A stretch of DNA of 64,000 bases from Candidatus Xenobia bacterium (GTDB lineage: Bacteria; Vulcanimicrobiota; Xenobia; Xenobiales; QWHO01). Where the stretch lies: NCBI GenBank assembly GCA_045863235.1, contig BTUM01000008.1:1-64000 (forward strand), in the 5' to 3' direction. Below are positions 40,317 through 49,812 of this stretch, one piece after another (position 1 is the stretch's first letter; each line of letters opens with the position of its first letter). A program made the translations under genes and the position numbers. The notes beneath the pieces are model-generated. The model had not been told where the DNA came from and did not search any database. It saw only the letters and a program-made list of their open reading frames with translations.

Positions 40317-42209
40317 TCAGAAGCCGAAACCCCCGAACATGAAGGGGGTCATCATCATGGGCATCATCATCATCGGCATCATCATCATCGGCAACATGCT
40401 GATCATGCTGATGGCCGGCATCAGGCTCATCATCGACCACATCGGCGCATTGTTCATGGGCGGCATCCCCATGGGCGGCATCTGCATCTGCTGCCAGGGC
40501 TGCTGCTGAAACTGGCCGTAGGACTGCATCGAGGGAGGGAGGCTGCCAGGGTGGGGCTGGTAAGGCATCTGGATCCCCGAGTAGCCCTGGTAGGGGTCGT
40601 AATAAGCCTGCCGCGGGTCGTAGTAAGCTTGCTGCTGGGGTCGGCTATTGGGCTGATGCGCCTGGAATCCGCCCATCTGCTGCCAATCATCGGCATAGCT
40701 CTGCGGCTGAACCGGAGGAGTGGGGGCGGGGCCGGGCGCGAAGTCACCCCAACGGCCCCACCACTGGTTGGAAGCCGGTTGCTGCGAGGCAGGAGCAGGT
40801 CCCGGAGCAGCCGTCTGCGCCGGGGCGGCACCGAAGTCGCCCCACTGGCCAAACCAGCTGCTGGAAGGCTGGGGGGGAGCGGGAGTCGCTGCGGAAGCGC
40901 TCTGAGACGGGGCGGAGCCAAAGTCGCCCCACTGACCGAACCAGCCGTCCCCTGGCTGAGAGGAAGACGGCGGCGCCTGGGGTGCAGGTTGAGAGGCTTT
41001 CCCGAAATCGCCCCACTGGCCCCACCAGTCGCTCCTGGGGGAGGGTGGAGGCACCTGGAATCCGTCGAACACGCGGTTCTGCCCCCCGGGCGCGATGACC
41101 GGTTCCTCGCTTCGGGGAGGGGGGGCGATCTCGAACTCCTGGGGAGGCGGGGCAGGATGCTGGCGGTCGAACTCCTCGAGATTGATCTGCGTGCGCGCAA
41201 AGGAGCCAGCCTGGGTGGAGCCGAGGCCCTGCTGGCGCATCTGTTCCATCAGGACATAGGGATCTTTGGGCTCGGAAGCGGCCGGCTGCGAAGCAGGAGC
41301 TGCCACTGCGTCAGCAGGCGTGGGGCTCGACGGCGCCTGGCTCACCTGCTCCTGCGTGGTTTCGGGAGGCAGGACTCCATTGGCCCGCATGTCCTCGAGC
41401 ATCTGGGCCATGTCGCCGGTGACGGGCTCCTTGAGCGGCCGAGGAATCTCACGATTTTCTTGAAGAGACGGGGGCGCGACTGTCTCAGACACCGTCTCGG
41501 GGGGTTGAGTGACGGCCGCCGAACTCTGGACAGCAGGCTCCGGGGCTGGCTGCGGGGGCGCAATGGGCGGAACGGGCTCGGCTGTGCTGGGGCTCTGCAA
41601 GCCAAGCTGCTGAGACGCAAAACCCGAGACCGGTGTACTGCCCATGCCCTTGCGGCGCATCTCTTCCAGCCTGGCCCATGGATCCTGGCTTACGGGCTGG
41701 GGAACCTGGGACTGAACGGAAACCTCAGGCGGGGCCTGCTCGGAAACGACCGGCTCGGGAGCTGGCGGGGAAGCGGCTTGCTCGACGACAGGCGCGGCAG
41801 CGGGCGGAGGCGGGCCAGGAGGCTCGGGGATCTCGACGCCGGCCCGGCGCATGTTGGCGATCATCTCGCGCATCTCTTCCGAAACCGGCTCTTTGACGAC
41901 GATGGGTCGGGCGGGTTGAGGCTCGACAGCCGGCTGCTCGGGAGTGGACGGGGGGGCGACCGGCTGCTCGGGAGCGGCCTGAGTTAGCGGAGAACCCTGG
42001 CCGAAGGAGACCTGGCCGGCGACGATGGGGCCCATGGCCGTGCTGCCCAGTCCCTGCTTGCGCATCTGGGCCATTCGCTCATAAGGATCGACCGACGCGC
42101 CAACCTTGTCCTCGGGCTCGGAGCTGGTGACGGTCGGGTTGCCGTTGCTGGCGACAGGTCGCCCCGTCATGCCTGGATCGAACCCGGGAATCATCGGATT
42201 GACCGCCAT
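40317..42209 (-). CDS. Pro/Gln-rich low-complexity protein with internal repeats
   Basis: 630 aa ORF, GGAGGTGA RBS, three repeat families and Met-rich tail. Confidence 0.8.
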   Translation of the reverse strand: MAVNPMIPGFDPGMTGRPVASNGNPTVTSSEPEDKVGASVDPYERMAQMRKQGLGSTAMGPIVAGQVSFGQGSPLTQAAPEQPVAPPSTPEQPAVEPQPARPIVVKEPVSEEMREMIANMRRAGVEIPEPPGPPPPAAAPVVEQAASPPAPEPVVSEQAPPEVSVQSQVPQPVSQDPWARLEEMRRKGMGSTPVSGFASQQLGLQSPSTAEPVPPIAPPQPAPEPAVQSSAAVTQPPETVSETVAPPSLQENREIPRPLKEPVTGDMAQMLEDMRANGVLPPETTQEQVSQAPSSPTPADAVAAPASQPAASEPKDPYVLMEQMRQQGLGSTQAGSFARTQINLEEFDRQHPAPPPQEFEIAPPPRSEEPVIAPGGQNRVFDGFQVPPPSPRSDWWGQWGDFGKASQPAPQAPPSSSQPGDGWFGQWGDFGSAPSQSASAATPAPPQPSSSWFGQWGDFGAAPAQTAAPGPAPASQQPASNQWWGRWGDFAPGPAPTPPVQPQSYADDWQQMGGFQAHQPNSRPQQQAYYDPRQAYYDPYQGYSGIQMPYQPHPGSLPPSMQSYGQFQQQPWQQMQMPPMGMPPMNNAPMWSMMSLMPAISMISMLPMMMMPMMMMPMMMTPFMFGGFGF

Positions 42210-42244
42210 CAGCTCACCTCCCTTCCACCAGCCCCTCGCCCCTC

Positions 42245-42277
42245 AACCTACCGCGAGCCTCTCAAAAGAGACTGAAA
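42245..42277 (-). promoter_or_regulatory. direct-repeat box plus -10 element
   Basis: Minus strand TTTCAG-TCTCT-TTTGAG-N10-TAGGTT upstream of ORF 42209. Confidence 0.65.
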
Positions 42278-42442
42278 CAAGACGCCCTGCTTCAGGATAA
42301 TCCAATTCCGGGGCAAGGCGGTTGCCAGAATATTACCAGTTTATCCAGAACCGGGAGAGGGAGCAACCCCGACCCGAGGCGAACCGGCCTTTGCTGCGCG
42401 CAAAAGCGCGCCTGCCAGCCTGTGAGGAAAGCGAGGCCGAAC

Positions 42443-42994
42443 GTGAGCCAGACCGAGGCCGACCTGCGTCGAATTATCCGTGAGGAAACCGCCTTTCGCG
42501 TGGGCTCGGGGTTTGACGTCCACCGCTTCGCCGAAGGACGCCCGATGATTCTCGGAGGCGTGGAGATTGAGTGCGACGTCGGCCTGCTCGGGCATTCCGA
42601 TGCTGATGTCGTCGTGCACGCCGCCATGGACGCCGTGCTCGGGGCGGCCGGCCTGCCCGACATTGGCAATCTCTTTCCGGATACCGACGAGCAGTTTCGA
42701 GGCGCCGACAGTCTCGAGCTGGCTCGTCGGGTAGCCTGGGCCGTGCATGAGGCGGGCTGGAGCATCGTGAACCTGGACCTGGCCGTGATGGCCGAAAAAC
42801 CCCGGCTGTCCCCTCACGTAGCCATCATGCGCGAGCGCATGGGCGGCGCCTTCGGACTGGAGCCCTGGCAGATCGGTATCAAGGCTACCACCATGGAGAG
42901 GCTCGGCTTCATCGGCCGCTCGGAAGGAATTGCGGCGCTGGCAACCGCGCTGCTGCGACACTATCCATCACCATCACGGGAGGAAACGCCATGA
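42443..42994 (+). CDS. ispF: 2-C-methyl-D-erythritol 2,4-cyclodiphosphate synthase
   Basis: RVGSGFDVH, GHSDADV, DIGNLFPDTD, KATTMERLGF. Confidence 0.95.
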   Translation: MSQTEADLRRIIREETAFRVGSGFDVHRFAEGRPMILGGVEIECDVGLLGHSDADVVVHAAMDAVLGAAGLPDIGNLFPDTDEQFRGADSLELARRVAWAVHEAGWSIVNLDLAVMAEKPRLSPHVAIMRERMGGAFGLEPWQIGIKATTMERLGFIGRSEGIAALATALLRHYPSPSREETP

Positions 42995-43689
42995 AAATCC
43001 GTTACTTGGGGCACTCAGCTGTAGCAGTCGAGCACCAGGACACCACCGTCGTCGTCGACCCCTTCATGACCGGGGGACCATGGGTCAAGACGGTCCCGGC
43101 CGACCTCCAGCCGACCACCATTCTGCTCACTCACGGCCACGAAGACCACGTGGGCGATGCGGTCGCGCTGAGCAAGAAGCACAACGCGCCCGTGGTGGCC
43201 ATGTTCGAGCTGGCCAACCGGCTGGCCGAGCTGGGAGCCGAAGTGGTGCACTGCGGCCTGGGCGGCCGCATCAAGCACGCCTGGGGCTGGTCCAAGCTGG
43301 TGCCCGCATGGCATTCCTCCTCTTTCCACGGCAAGTACATGGGCACGCCGGCCGGCGTGGTCTTCGAAGTCGGCGGACGGGTCTTCTATCACGCCGGAGA
43401 CACCTGCATCTTCTCGGACATGAAGCTGATCGCCGAGCTCTACAAGCCTGAGATCATGTTTCTCCCCATCGGGGGAGCGTTTACCATGGACGTCTTCGAG
43501 GCCGTCAAGGCTATCGAATTCGTCTCGCCTCGCTTTGCCATCCCCATCCACTACAACACGTTCGAGGCGATCAACCAGGACCCCGAGGAGTTCCGACGCG
43601 AGGTTGAGAGCCGATTCAGCACGCGGGTCCAGGTCATGGAGCCTCTGGACAGTTGGGAAATCCCCAGCCCGGTGACTAGCTCCAGGTAA
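42991..43689 (+). CDS. metallo-beta-lactamase-fold metal-dependent hydrolase (UPF0173-like)
   Basis: LGHS, THGHEDH, YHAGDT, LPIGG, IPIHYNTF. Confidence 0.92.
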   Translation: MKIRYLGHSAVAVEHQDTTVVVDPFMTGGPWVKTVPADLQPTTILLTHGHEDHVGDAVALSKKHNAPVVAMFELANRLAELGAEVVHCGLGGRIKHAWGWSKLVPAWHSSSFHGKYMGTPAGVVFEVGGRVFYHAGDTCIFSDMKLIAELYKPEIMFLPIGGAFTMDVFEAVKAIEFVSPRFAIPIHYNTFEAINQDPEEFRREVESRFSTRVQVMEPLDSWEIPSPVTSSR

Positions 43690-43731
43690 ACAGAAGGATT
43701 CCGCTCCCGGCTGGAAAAAACTTCAGTAGCC

Positions 43732-45513
43732 ATGCCGAAAGCTATTGCTCGTCTTCTATGCAGCCTGTCGCTGGCCCTCGGGCTGCTGTGCCCCGTTCTG
43801 GCCGATGACCTCAACCGGGTCACCCTGGTGCGCATCGGCCAGCACGGGGACACGCTGCGCCTGGTCCTGGAGACGGACCAGGCGCCTGTCTGCCAGGTCT
43901 ACCAGCGCAGCAAGCCAGAACGGCTGGTGATCGACCTGGTGGGGGCCGAACTGCCCAACAATCTGCGCCGGCCCACTCCCCGCGCTCCCTGGCTCCTGTC
44001 GAGCAACCTGCAGCAAGAGAACCTCAGCCGGGTGCGCTGGACGCTCAATCTACGCGAGCGGATCCCTGCCTCGCAGATCAAGACCGAAGTGCTGGACAAT
44101 CCTCCCCGGCTGGTGGTGGACATCGATCCCTATTACGCTCGCGAAGAGACCATCGCACTCAGCTCGGGACTCAAGTGGAACCGCCGCGAGGCAGCCAACT
44201 CCACGGGCTACCTTCTCTGGAACGACGTAAGTTATTCTCTGGACGACCCCAAAGTGCGCCTGGACGTAGGCCTGGCCCAGGATCGACTGGACGCCCGCGA
44301 GACCGTCAGCTCGATGGTGCGCCGCACGGGAGCGCGGGTGGGGATCAATGGCGGCTACTTCGCCACCTCTGGCGGCCCCCTCGGGCTGGTCGTCAAAGAG
44401 GGCAAGCTTCTGGCCCCCCACGTTGGGCGTCGGCCGCCGCGAACCGCCCTGGCCCAGACTCGTGATCGCAAAGTCAGCTTCAGCCGCATCGCTGCCCGCG
44501 GCGGGAAGCTCGTCTCCACGGACGGCAACACCTGGACCGACGTCCTGTTGGCCCTGGGCGGGGGTCCCCAGCTGGTTCACCGGGGAGCGATCGCCCTCAC
44601 GACCGACCAGGAAGCGCTGGGGCGCAGCGGCAATGACATCACCCGCTCGTGTGGCCGTACCGCGCTGGCCACCACCCGCGACGGGCGCATGCTGCTGGCC
44701 ACCGCAGCCGGCTGGCGAGATACTCACACTCAGGGCCTGCGTCTGGAGGAACTGGCTTCGCGCCTGATCCGTCGCGGGGCGGTGGAGGCCATGAACCTGG
44801 ACGGTGGTGCCAGCGTGGACATGGTCATCGGAGGCGACGTGGTGGGCTCGGGACCGGGCTCGACCACCCGCGAGAAGCCCGTGGCCACAGCCGTGCTGGT
44901 GCATGACGAGCACCCGGCCACTTATCCCGAGCGCATCCAGCTCAAGGTGGAGGAATCCAGCCTGCCGGCCGACGGGTCGAGCACGACCCGGGTGGTGGCC
45001 GAGGTGACCGCTCCCGGAGGGCAGAGCGTGCCCGATGGCACTCCCATTCGCTTCCTGGGCGACCGGGCCAGGCTCTCTGCTTATGCCACCACCGTCAAGG
45101 ACGGTCGGGCCAGCGTCGAGCTGACCTCCCTGCGCTTGCCCGGACCGGGTCTGGTCAGGGTGGAGTGCGGCGGAGCCCGAGCCGAGGAAAGCTTGCGCTA
45201 CCTGGCCGGCAGCCCGCGCCGCCTGCGGGCGGGCCTGGTGCGCCAGCGTTACCAGGCTCCTGGCCAGCTGGCGGTCGTGGCGGTGCAGGTCGATGACGAG
45301 TGGGGCAACCCGGTGGGCTCGGTGCCTATCCGGTGCGCCGAATCCGACTTTCAGATTCCGACCGATGGCAGCCTGCAGCTCGAAATTCCCTTCGAGCTGA
45401 AGGGCGGGACGGTCACGATCGAGTCGGCCGGCCTGAGCGCAGTCACGGTGACGGTGGGGGCGATGGAGGCACCGCTGGCTCCAAGCCCGTCTCCCTCCCC
45501 GAAGGCTCGCTGA
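43732..45513 (+). CDS. exported AMIN + phosphodiester glycosidase (NAGPA-like) + Ig-like domain protein
   Basis: Signal peptide; PERLVIDL/PPRLVVDI AMIN; INGGYF, GGGPQL, AMNLDGGAS; invasin-like ADGSSTT..VPDGT. Confidence 0.85.
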   Translation: MPKAIARLLCSLSLALGLLCPVLADDLNRVTLVRIGQHGDTLRLVLETDQAPVCQVYQRSKPERLVIDLVGAELPNNLRRPTPRAPWLLSSNLQQENLSRVRWTLNLRERIPASQIKTEVLDNPPRLVVDIDPYYAREETIALSSGLKWNRREAANSTGYLLWNDVSYSLDDPKVRLDVGLAQDRLDARETVSSMVRRTGARVGINGGYFATSGGPLGLVVKEGKLLAPHVGRRPPRTALAQTRDRKVSFSRIAARGGKLVSTDGNTWTDVLLALGGGPQLVHRGAIALTTDQEALGRSGNDITRSCGRTALATTRDGRMLLATAAGWRDTHTQGLRLEELASRLIRRGAVEAMNLDGGASVDMVIGGDVVGSGPGSTTREKPVATAVLVHDEHPATYPERIQLKVEESSLPADGSSTTRVVAEVTAPGGQSVPDGTPIRFLGDRARLSAYATTVKDGRASVELTSLRLPGPGLVRVECGGARAEESLRYLAGSPRRLRAGLVRQRYQAPGQLAVVAVQVDDEWGNPVGSVPIRCAESDFQIPTDGSLQLEIPFELKGGTVTIESAGLSAVTVTVGAMEAPLAPSPSPSPKAR

Positions 45514-47731
45514 CCAGCTGGTAAGTTCCGTTTCGCACCTCGACCACGTAGGCCCGGCGCCGATCGAGCTTCTTTCCGGGAGCAAAGCTGCCGGTCACCC
45601 CGACATACTCGGAAAGCCCGGCCAGGTAGTCGCGCACTGACCGCCGCGTTGCTCCCGGCGTTTCCAGCGCGGGCAAGACCATCTTGAGCACGTCATAGGC
45701 AGTGGCCTCGCGATGGGAGGGATCGAGATCGCCGAACATCTGCTGAAACTTGCGCTTGAAGTCGGCCACCTCGGGGCGGCTCACGTCCGGGTGAAAATAG
45801 GCCGAAAGCAGCAGTCCTTCCACGTCCTTACCTCCGGTACGCACCAGCTCGCTGCCGAAGAGACGGGCTTGACTGGCGGTGGGCACCTGGAGGCCAGCCT
45901 GGCGCAACTGGCGCATCAGGTCGACGAGCACCTGGGCCCGATAGTCAGCCAGAAAGACGAACTGGGGTCGGGACTTGATCAGCATCGGCAGGTTGCTCTC
46001 GCCGTAGGGCTGCTCAAAGACGACCTCCCCACCCCGCTTGAGCAAAATCGAGCTGAACTCGCCGGCCATGGTGTTGGACAGAGTCAGTCCCGGGTCGTAG
46101 AGGATGGCTCCCCGCTTTAATCCCAGCCCGGTGAAGTGAGCGGCCAGAGCGTCCAACCGCTCGAGATTGGAATCCGAGCCGGTGAAGCAGTAAGGACCGG
46201 CCTCCCAGATGCGCGGGTCGGAGGCCACCGGCGCCACCATGGCCAGGCCCGCGTCGTTGTAGACCGCAGCCACGGCCAGGGTGTGCTGGGAGTTGAAGGG
46301 TCCGATCTCCACAAGGTAGTCGGGCCGCGGGCAGATAGCCTCCTTGGAGAGCTGCAAGGCCAGAGGGAGCGAAGATTCGTCATTGTAGAGGTCGAGTACC
46401 AGGGGCCGCCCCCCCAACTGGTTCACCTCGGCCTGGGCCAGAGCCAGGCCATAGAGCAGGCTGACGCCTTCGTTCCCCTCGCGTCCGGACATGGAGGTCA
46501 ACACGGGCACGCGCACCGGAGGCTTCCCGAGCAGCAGAGCCAGCGCGTTCTGTTTGAGTATGTGGGCCTCGGCGTCGGCCGGGTTGCGCGTGACCAGGCC
46601 ATCCATCAGCTCGATGGCTTTGGCCGGTGAGCCTTGCTCCATCAGCTGCCTGGCCCGATTTTTCTCCGAGAGGCCGGTGCGGGTGAGGCTATCCAGGCTA
46701 CGAAAGGATGGCTTTGCACCGCCTGGCCGCACCAGGCCGACCAGAGCGGCGGTCAGAAAGAAGATCGTGGCCGACACCATCAGGGCCCCCAGCCAACGGG
46801 GAGCGCCGGACCCGGGCCTCAGCCTCGGAGCGGCCAGGGGAGAGGGTTCGGAATGGGGCCGTGCCACGCGACGTCGGGCCGGAGCCTCTGGACGCTTGTC
46901 TCCCAGGCGGGCCAGGATCAAGAGCAGGTCTCGCACCAATTCGCTGGTATCCGAGTAGCGCTGGCCCGGGTCAGGCTGCAAACAGCGCAGCACCAGCGCC
47001 TCGGTGTCGGTACCGATATCCTTGCGGTGGGGTCGAATGCGGTGGCTGCCGTAAATAGGGGACGGGGGCTTGCCGGTCAGGACGTAGTAGAGCGTGCCAC
47101 CCAGGGAGTAGATGTCGCTGCGGCCATCCGTCTGGCGCGAGTCCTCCCACTGCTCGGGAGCGGCGTAGCCGACCGAGCCCGAAGCCTGGGTGTCGCGACG
47201 CTTCTTCGGGTCGAAATGGCGCGCCAGGCCAAAATCGATCAGCTTGACCACGCGGCCCTCGCCGGCCGGACCGCTCATGGAGGTGGTGATCATCACGTTC
47301 TCGGGCTTGAGGTCGCGGAAGATCACGGGTGGATTCTGCTGATGAAGGTAGCCCAGCACCTGAGCGATCTCCAGGGCCCAGCGCATGGCCTGCAACTCGC
47401 TCAAGGGGCCCTCGACCTCGACCACCTTGGCCAGATTCTGGCCTTCGACGAACTCCATGACCAGGTAGTTCTTGCCCTGGTCTTCGAAGTGGTCCACGAT
47501 CATGGGCAGGCTCTTGTGCCGCAGTCCGGCCAGCATGTGAGCCTCGCGATTGAAGTTCTCAGTCGCCTCCTTGAGCAGTACCGGGTCGTAACAAACCATC
47601 TCTTTGATGGCCCACAGCTTGCCAGACAGGCGACGGTCTTCGCAAAGATAGACCGCGCCCATGCCCCCCCGACCGAGGGGGCGGACGATCACAAAGCGAT
47701 CGAGCAAGACGTGACCTGGTTCCAGAGTCAT
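45443..47731 (-). CDS. Ser/Thr protein kinase with TM helix and extracellular LivJ-like substrate-binding domain
   Basis: GRGGMGAVY, AIKEM, FRDLKPEN, DFGLA, GYAAPEQ; TM; periplasmic-binding-protein pattern ending AYD...YVGVTG. Confidence 0.92.
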   Translation of the reverse strand: MTLEPGHVLLDRFVIVRPLGRGGMGAVYLCEDRRLSGKLWAIKEMVCYDPVLLKEATENFNREAHMLAGLRHKSLPMIVDHFEDQGKNYLVMEFVEGQNLAKVVEVEGPLSELQAMRWALEIAQVLGYLHQQNPPVIFRDLKPENVMITTSMSGPAGEGRVVKLIDFGLARHFDPKKRRDTQASGSVGYAAPEQWEDSRQTDGRSDIYSLGGTLYYVLTGKPPSPIYGSHRIRPHRKDIGTDTEALVLRCLQPDPGQRYSDTSELVRDLLLILARLGDKRPEAPARRRVARPHSEPSPLAAPRLRPGSGAPRWLGALMVSATIFFLTAALVGLVRPGGAKPSFRSLDSLTRTGLSEKNRARQLMEQGSPAKAIELMDGLVTRNPADAEAHILKQNALALLLGKPPVRVPVLTSMSGREGNEGVSLLYGLALAQAEVNQLGGRPLVLDLYNDESSLPLALQLSKEAICPRPDYLVEIGPFNSQHTLAVAAVYNDAGLAMVAPVASDPRIWEAGPYCFTGSDSNLERLDALAAHFTGLGLKRGAILYDPGLTLSNTMAGEFSSILLKRGGEVVFEQPYGESNLPMLIKSRPQFVFLADYRAQVLVDLMRQLRQAGLQVPTASQARLFGSELVRTGGKDVEGLLLSAYFHPDVSRPEVADFKRKFQQMFGDLDPSHREATAYDVLKMVLPALETPGATRRSVRDYLAGLSEYVGVTGSFAPGKKLDRRRAYVVEVRNGTYQLVSEPSGRETGLEPAVPPSPPPSP

Positions 47732-47801
47732 CCCTCCGTGAGTTCATGGCTTCCAGCCAGTGCGGGAGGGTATCCTGCAGGGAGGCCACGAAGATTTCCC
47801 C

Positions 47802-48590
47802 ATGAACGTCCTCCTGGCCGTGGACGAAGTCGGGCTGGCCGAAGAGCTGCTGCAAAATCTGAGCCTGCCTGACCCGAGCTACGTGGCGGTTGTGGCTGCT
47901 GCCGGAGGTCCGGCCTCGGGTGACGTGCGCAAACGACTCAAAAATGTGGCCGAGCGGCAGCGCCGACCGGGCGTGGAGGCCTCCACCCTCACCCTTACGG
48001 GAGATCCAGCCCGATCGATCCTGAAGATGGCCGTCGAATTGCCCGCCGACCTGGTCGTCCTGGGCGTGTCTTCAACCGGTGACCAGTCGGGCGGGCTGGC
48101 CGCCAGGCTGGTGCAGAGCTGTCAGTGCCCCGTGGGCATCGCCCGCACCGGCCGCCCCATCCGCAACGTGGTTCTGGCCGTCAACCAGATCGAGACAGCC
48201 AACCGATGCCTGGACTTCCTCTCCCAGTTCCCCTGGCCCAAGGATGGCGTCACCTTTACTCCTGTGGCCGTCTGTGGCGAGCCGTCCAAGGAAGCGCTTC
48301 GTCGCGAGGTGCTCGCCGAGGTCAGCCGGCGCCTCGAGGACTGGACTGTCCGTTGCCAGCCCCGCCTGGAGACAGGCCAGGCCACAGCGGCCATTCTGAA
48401 GGCTGCCAGCGAGCTGGGGGCCGAGCTGGTGGTGGTGGGAAGCCGCGAGTTGTCCGCCCCGGCCCGCTTGTTTCTGGGCAGCGTTTCGGGGCAGGTGATG
48501 AGCCAGGCGGCCTGCAACGTGCTGGTGGTGCGCGGGAGGGTGGGGGTGGCCCTGGATCAGGAGGATCGGCCGGCCGAAGAGCTCGTTTGA
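47802..48590 (+). CDS. tandem universal stress protein
   Basis: NVLLAVD, GDPARSIL, LVVVGSR...FLGSVSGQV...CNVLVVR. Confidence 0.88.
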   Translation: MNVLLAVDEVGLAEELLQNLSLPDPSYVAVVAAAGGPASGDVRKRLKNVAERQRRPGVEASTLTLTGDPARSILKMAVELPADLVVLGVSSTGDQSGGLAARLVQSCQCPVGIARTGRPIRNVVLAVNQIETANRCLDFLSQFPWPKDGVTFTPVAVCGEPSKEALRREVLAEVSRRLEDWTVRCQPRLETGQATAAILKAASELGAELVVVGSRELSAPARLFLGSVSGQVMSQAACNVLVVRGRVGVALDQEDRPAEELV

Positions 48591-48632
48591 GCTTGCCATC
48601 GCGACATCGGTGAGCCGAGACCTGCCAGGAAT

Positions 48633-48780
48633 GGCCCTGGTCGGGGTCTGTTGACGCCTGCTGAGCGAGGTTCTCCCGCCCGCCCGCCGCGAGCCATGCG
48701 GTTCCCAAAGTGCGGGGACCAGCAGACCAGCTCGGCTCGATCTTCGGACCGAACTTCGCCAGGGTTTCCTGACCAGGGCC
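48633..48780 (+). ncRNA. candidate structured RNA (unclassified)
   Basis: Closing stem GGCCCTGGTCGGGG / TCCTGACCAGGGCC, inner GGTTCCC/GGGGACC hairpin and C(UUCG)G tetraloop; G-U pairs favour plus strand. Confidence 0.4.
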
Positions 48781-48858
48781 GGGAGAATCCCCTGCTCCGG
48801 GCAGGGGCCGGCAGGGGGCGGGGCAAAGCCGCCATGGACCACGCCGCCAGGAGGCTCC

Positions 48859-49812
48859 ATGCACCGTATCTTGATCGTCCTGATTGCCCTGTCCACGCTG
48901 CTGACGGCCCGAGCCCAGACAGGCCCGGTGGACCTGCGCGGCGACGAGGGCCTGCTGATGGACCTCAAACCCACCGGCGCCGTCTGGCTTGGCAACGACC
49001 GCGTCCTGGTCTGTGACCGGCGCTTCAACGACTTCCACATCTTCGACCTGACGGGCCGGCGCTACAAGTTCCTCTCCTATCCGGTCCGCTCCGTCCCGAT
49101 CGCCCAGTTCTCCTGCCTTACGCCGCTGGACGAGACCAGCTACCTGACCGCCGGCTCCCACCATCACGAGAAGAACCACGTGCGTTACGTCAGCGCCCGC
49201 AGCGTGGTTTTCCGGGTTGGCCTGGAAGGGGAAGAGCTGGCTCGCTGGTGCGGCGAGGTGAACCTCGAGCCCGACCGGGCCCTGCGCGCCACCGGCAATT
49301 TCGGCGAGTCCCCCCGCACGCCGCTCGAGCTCCAGGGCCTGGCGGTGGACACCAAGAACAAGCGCATCTTTTTCGGCTGCTCGCAACCGATGTCCAGCCA
49401 GGAAACCATTCTGGTCTATGAAGGCAAGCTGGACAAGTTCCTGGCCCGTGACAAAGGCTTTGAGCTCAAAGAACTGAAGACCGACCTCAAACCAGAGACC
49501 GATCCGACCACCAACACTCCGTATTTCCTGGCTGACATGCAGTACATTCCAGGAGAAGGCTTACTCCTCTTGCTGGGCTCCCAGTCCTATGACAAGCGCA
49601 CCTTTGGAGCCAGCCAGCTGTGGATGTTGCGGGGTGGTTTTCCCCCACCCAAGCTCATCATGAAAGACATCGCTCCCGGCAATCGAGCTGCCGGGCTGGC
49701 CGTTCGCCACATCAAGGAACGCAACTACGACGTCGCCATCACTTTTGACAACGATCCCGAGGAAACCCGTATCCCCTCACGCCTGTTGGTGTTGCCGGGA
49801 GTCAAGCTGTAG
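48859..49812 (+). CDS. exported hypothetical protein, beta-propeller-like
   Basis: AGGAGG RBS, signal peptide, TAGSHH and ELQGLAVD motifs. Confidence 0.7.
   Translation: MHRILIVLIALSTLLTARAQTGPVDLRGDEGLLMDLKPTGAVWLGNDRVLVCDRRFNDFHIFDLTGRRYKFLSYPVRSVPIAQFSCLTPLDETSYLTAGSHHHEKNHVRYVSARSVVFRVGLEGEELARWCGEVNLEPDRALRATGNFGESPRTPLELQGLAVDTKNKRIFFGCSQPMSSQETILVYEGKLDKFLARDKGFELKELKTDLKPETDPTTNTPYFLADMQYIPGEGLLLLLGSQSYDKRTFGASQLWMLRGGFPPPKLIMKDIAPGNRAAGLAVRHIKERNYDVAITFDNDPEETRIPSRLLVLPGVKL

Noticed and set aside
40735..41030. Nucleotide repeats (AAGTCGCCCCACTG-like) as a CRISPR array
   Set aside because: Imperfect, in-frame coding repeats of the WGQWGDF motif; no cas genes or leader
40263..41987. 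His-rich 574 aa plus-strand ORF
   Set aside because: Poly-His is the reverse complement of the ATG-rich tail of the minus-strand gene, which has the RBS and promoter
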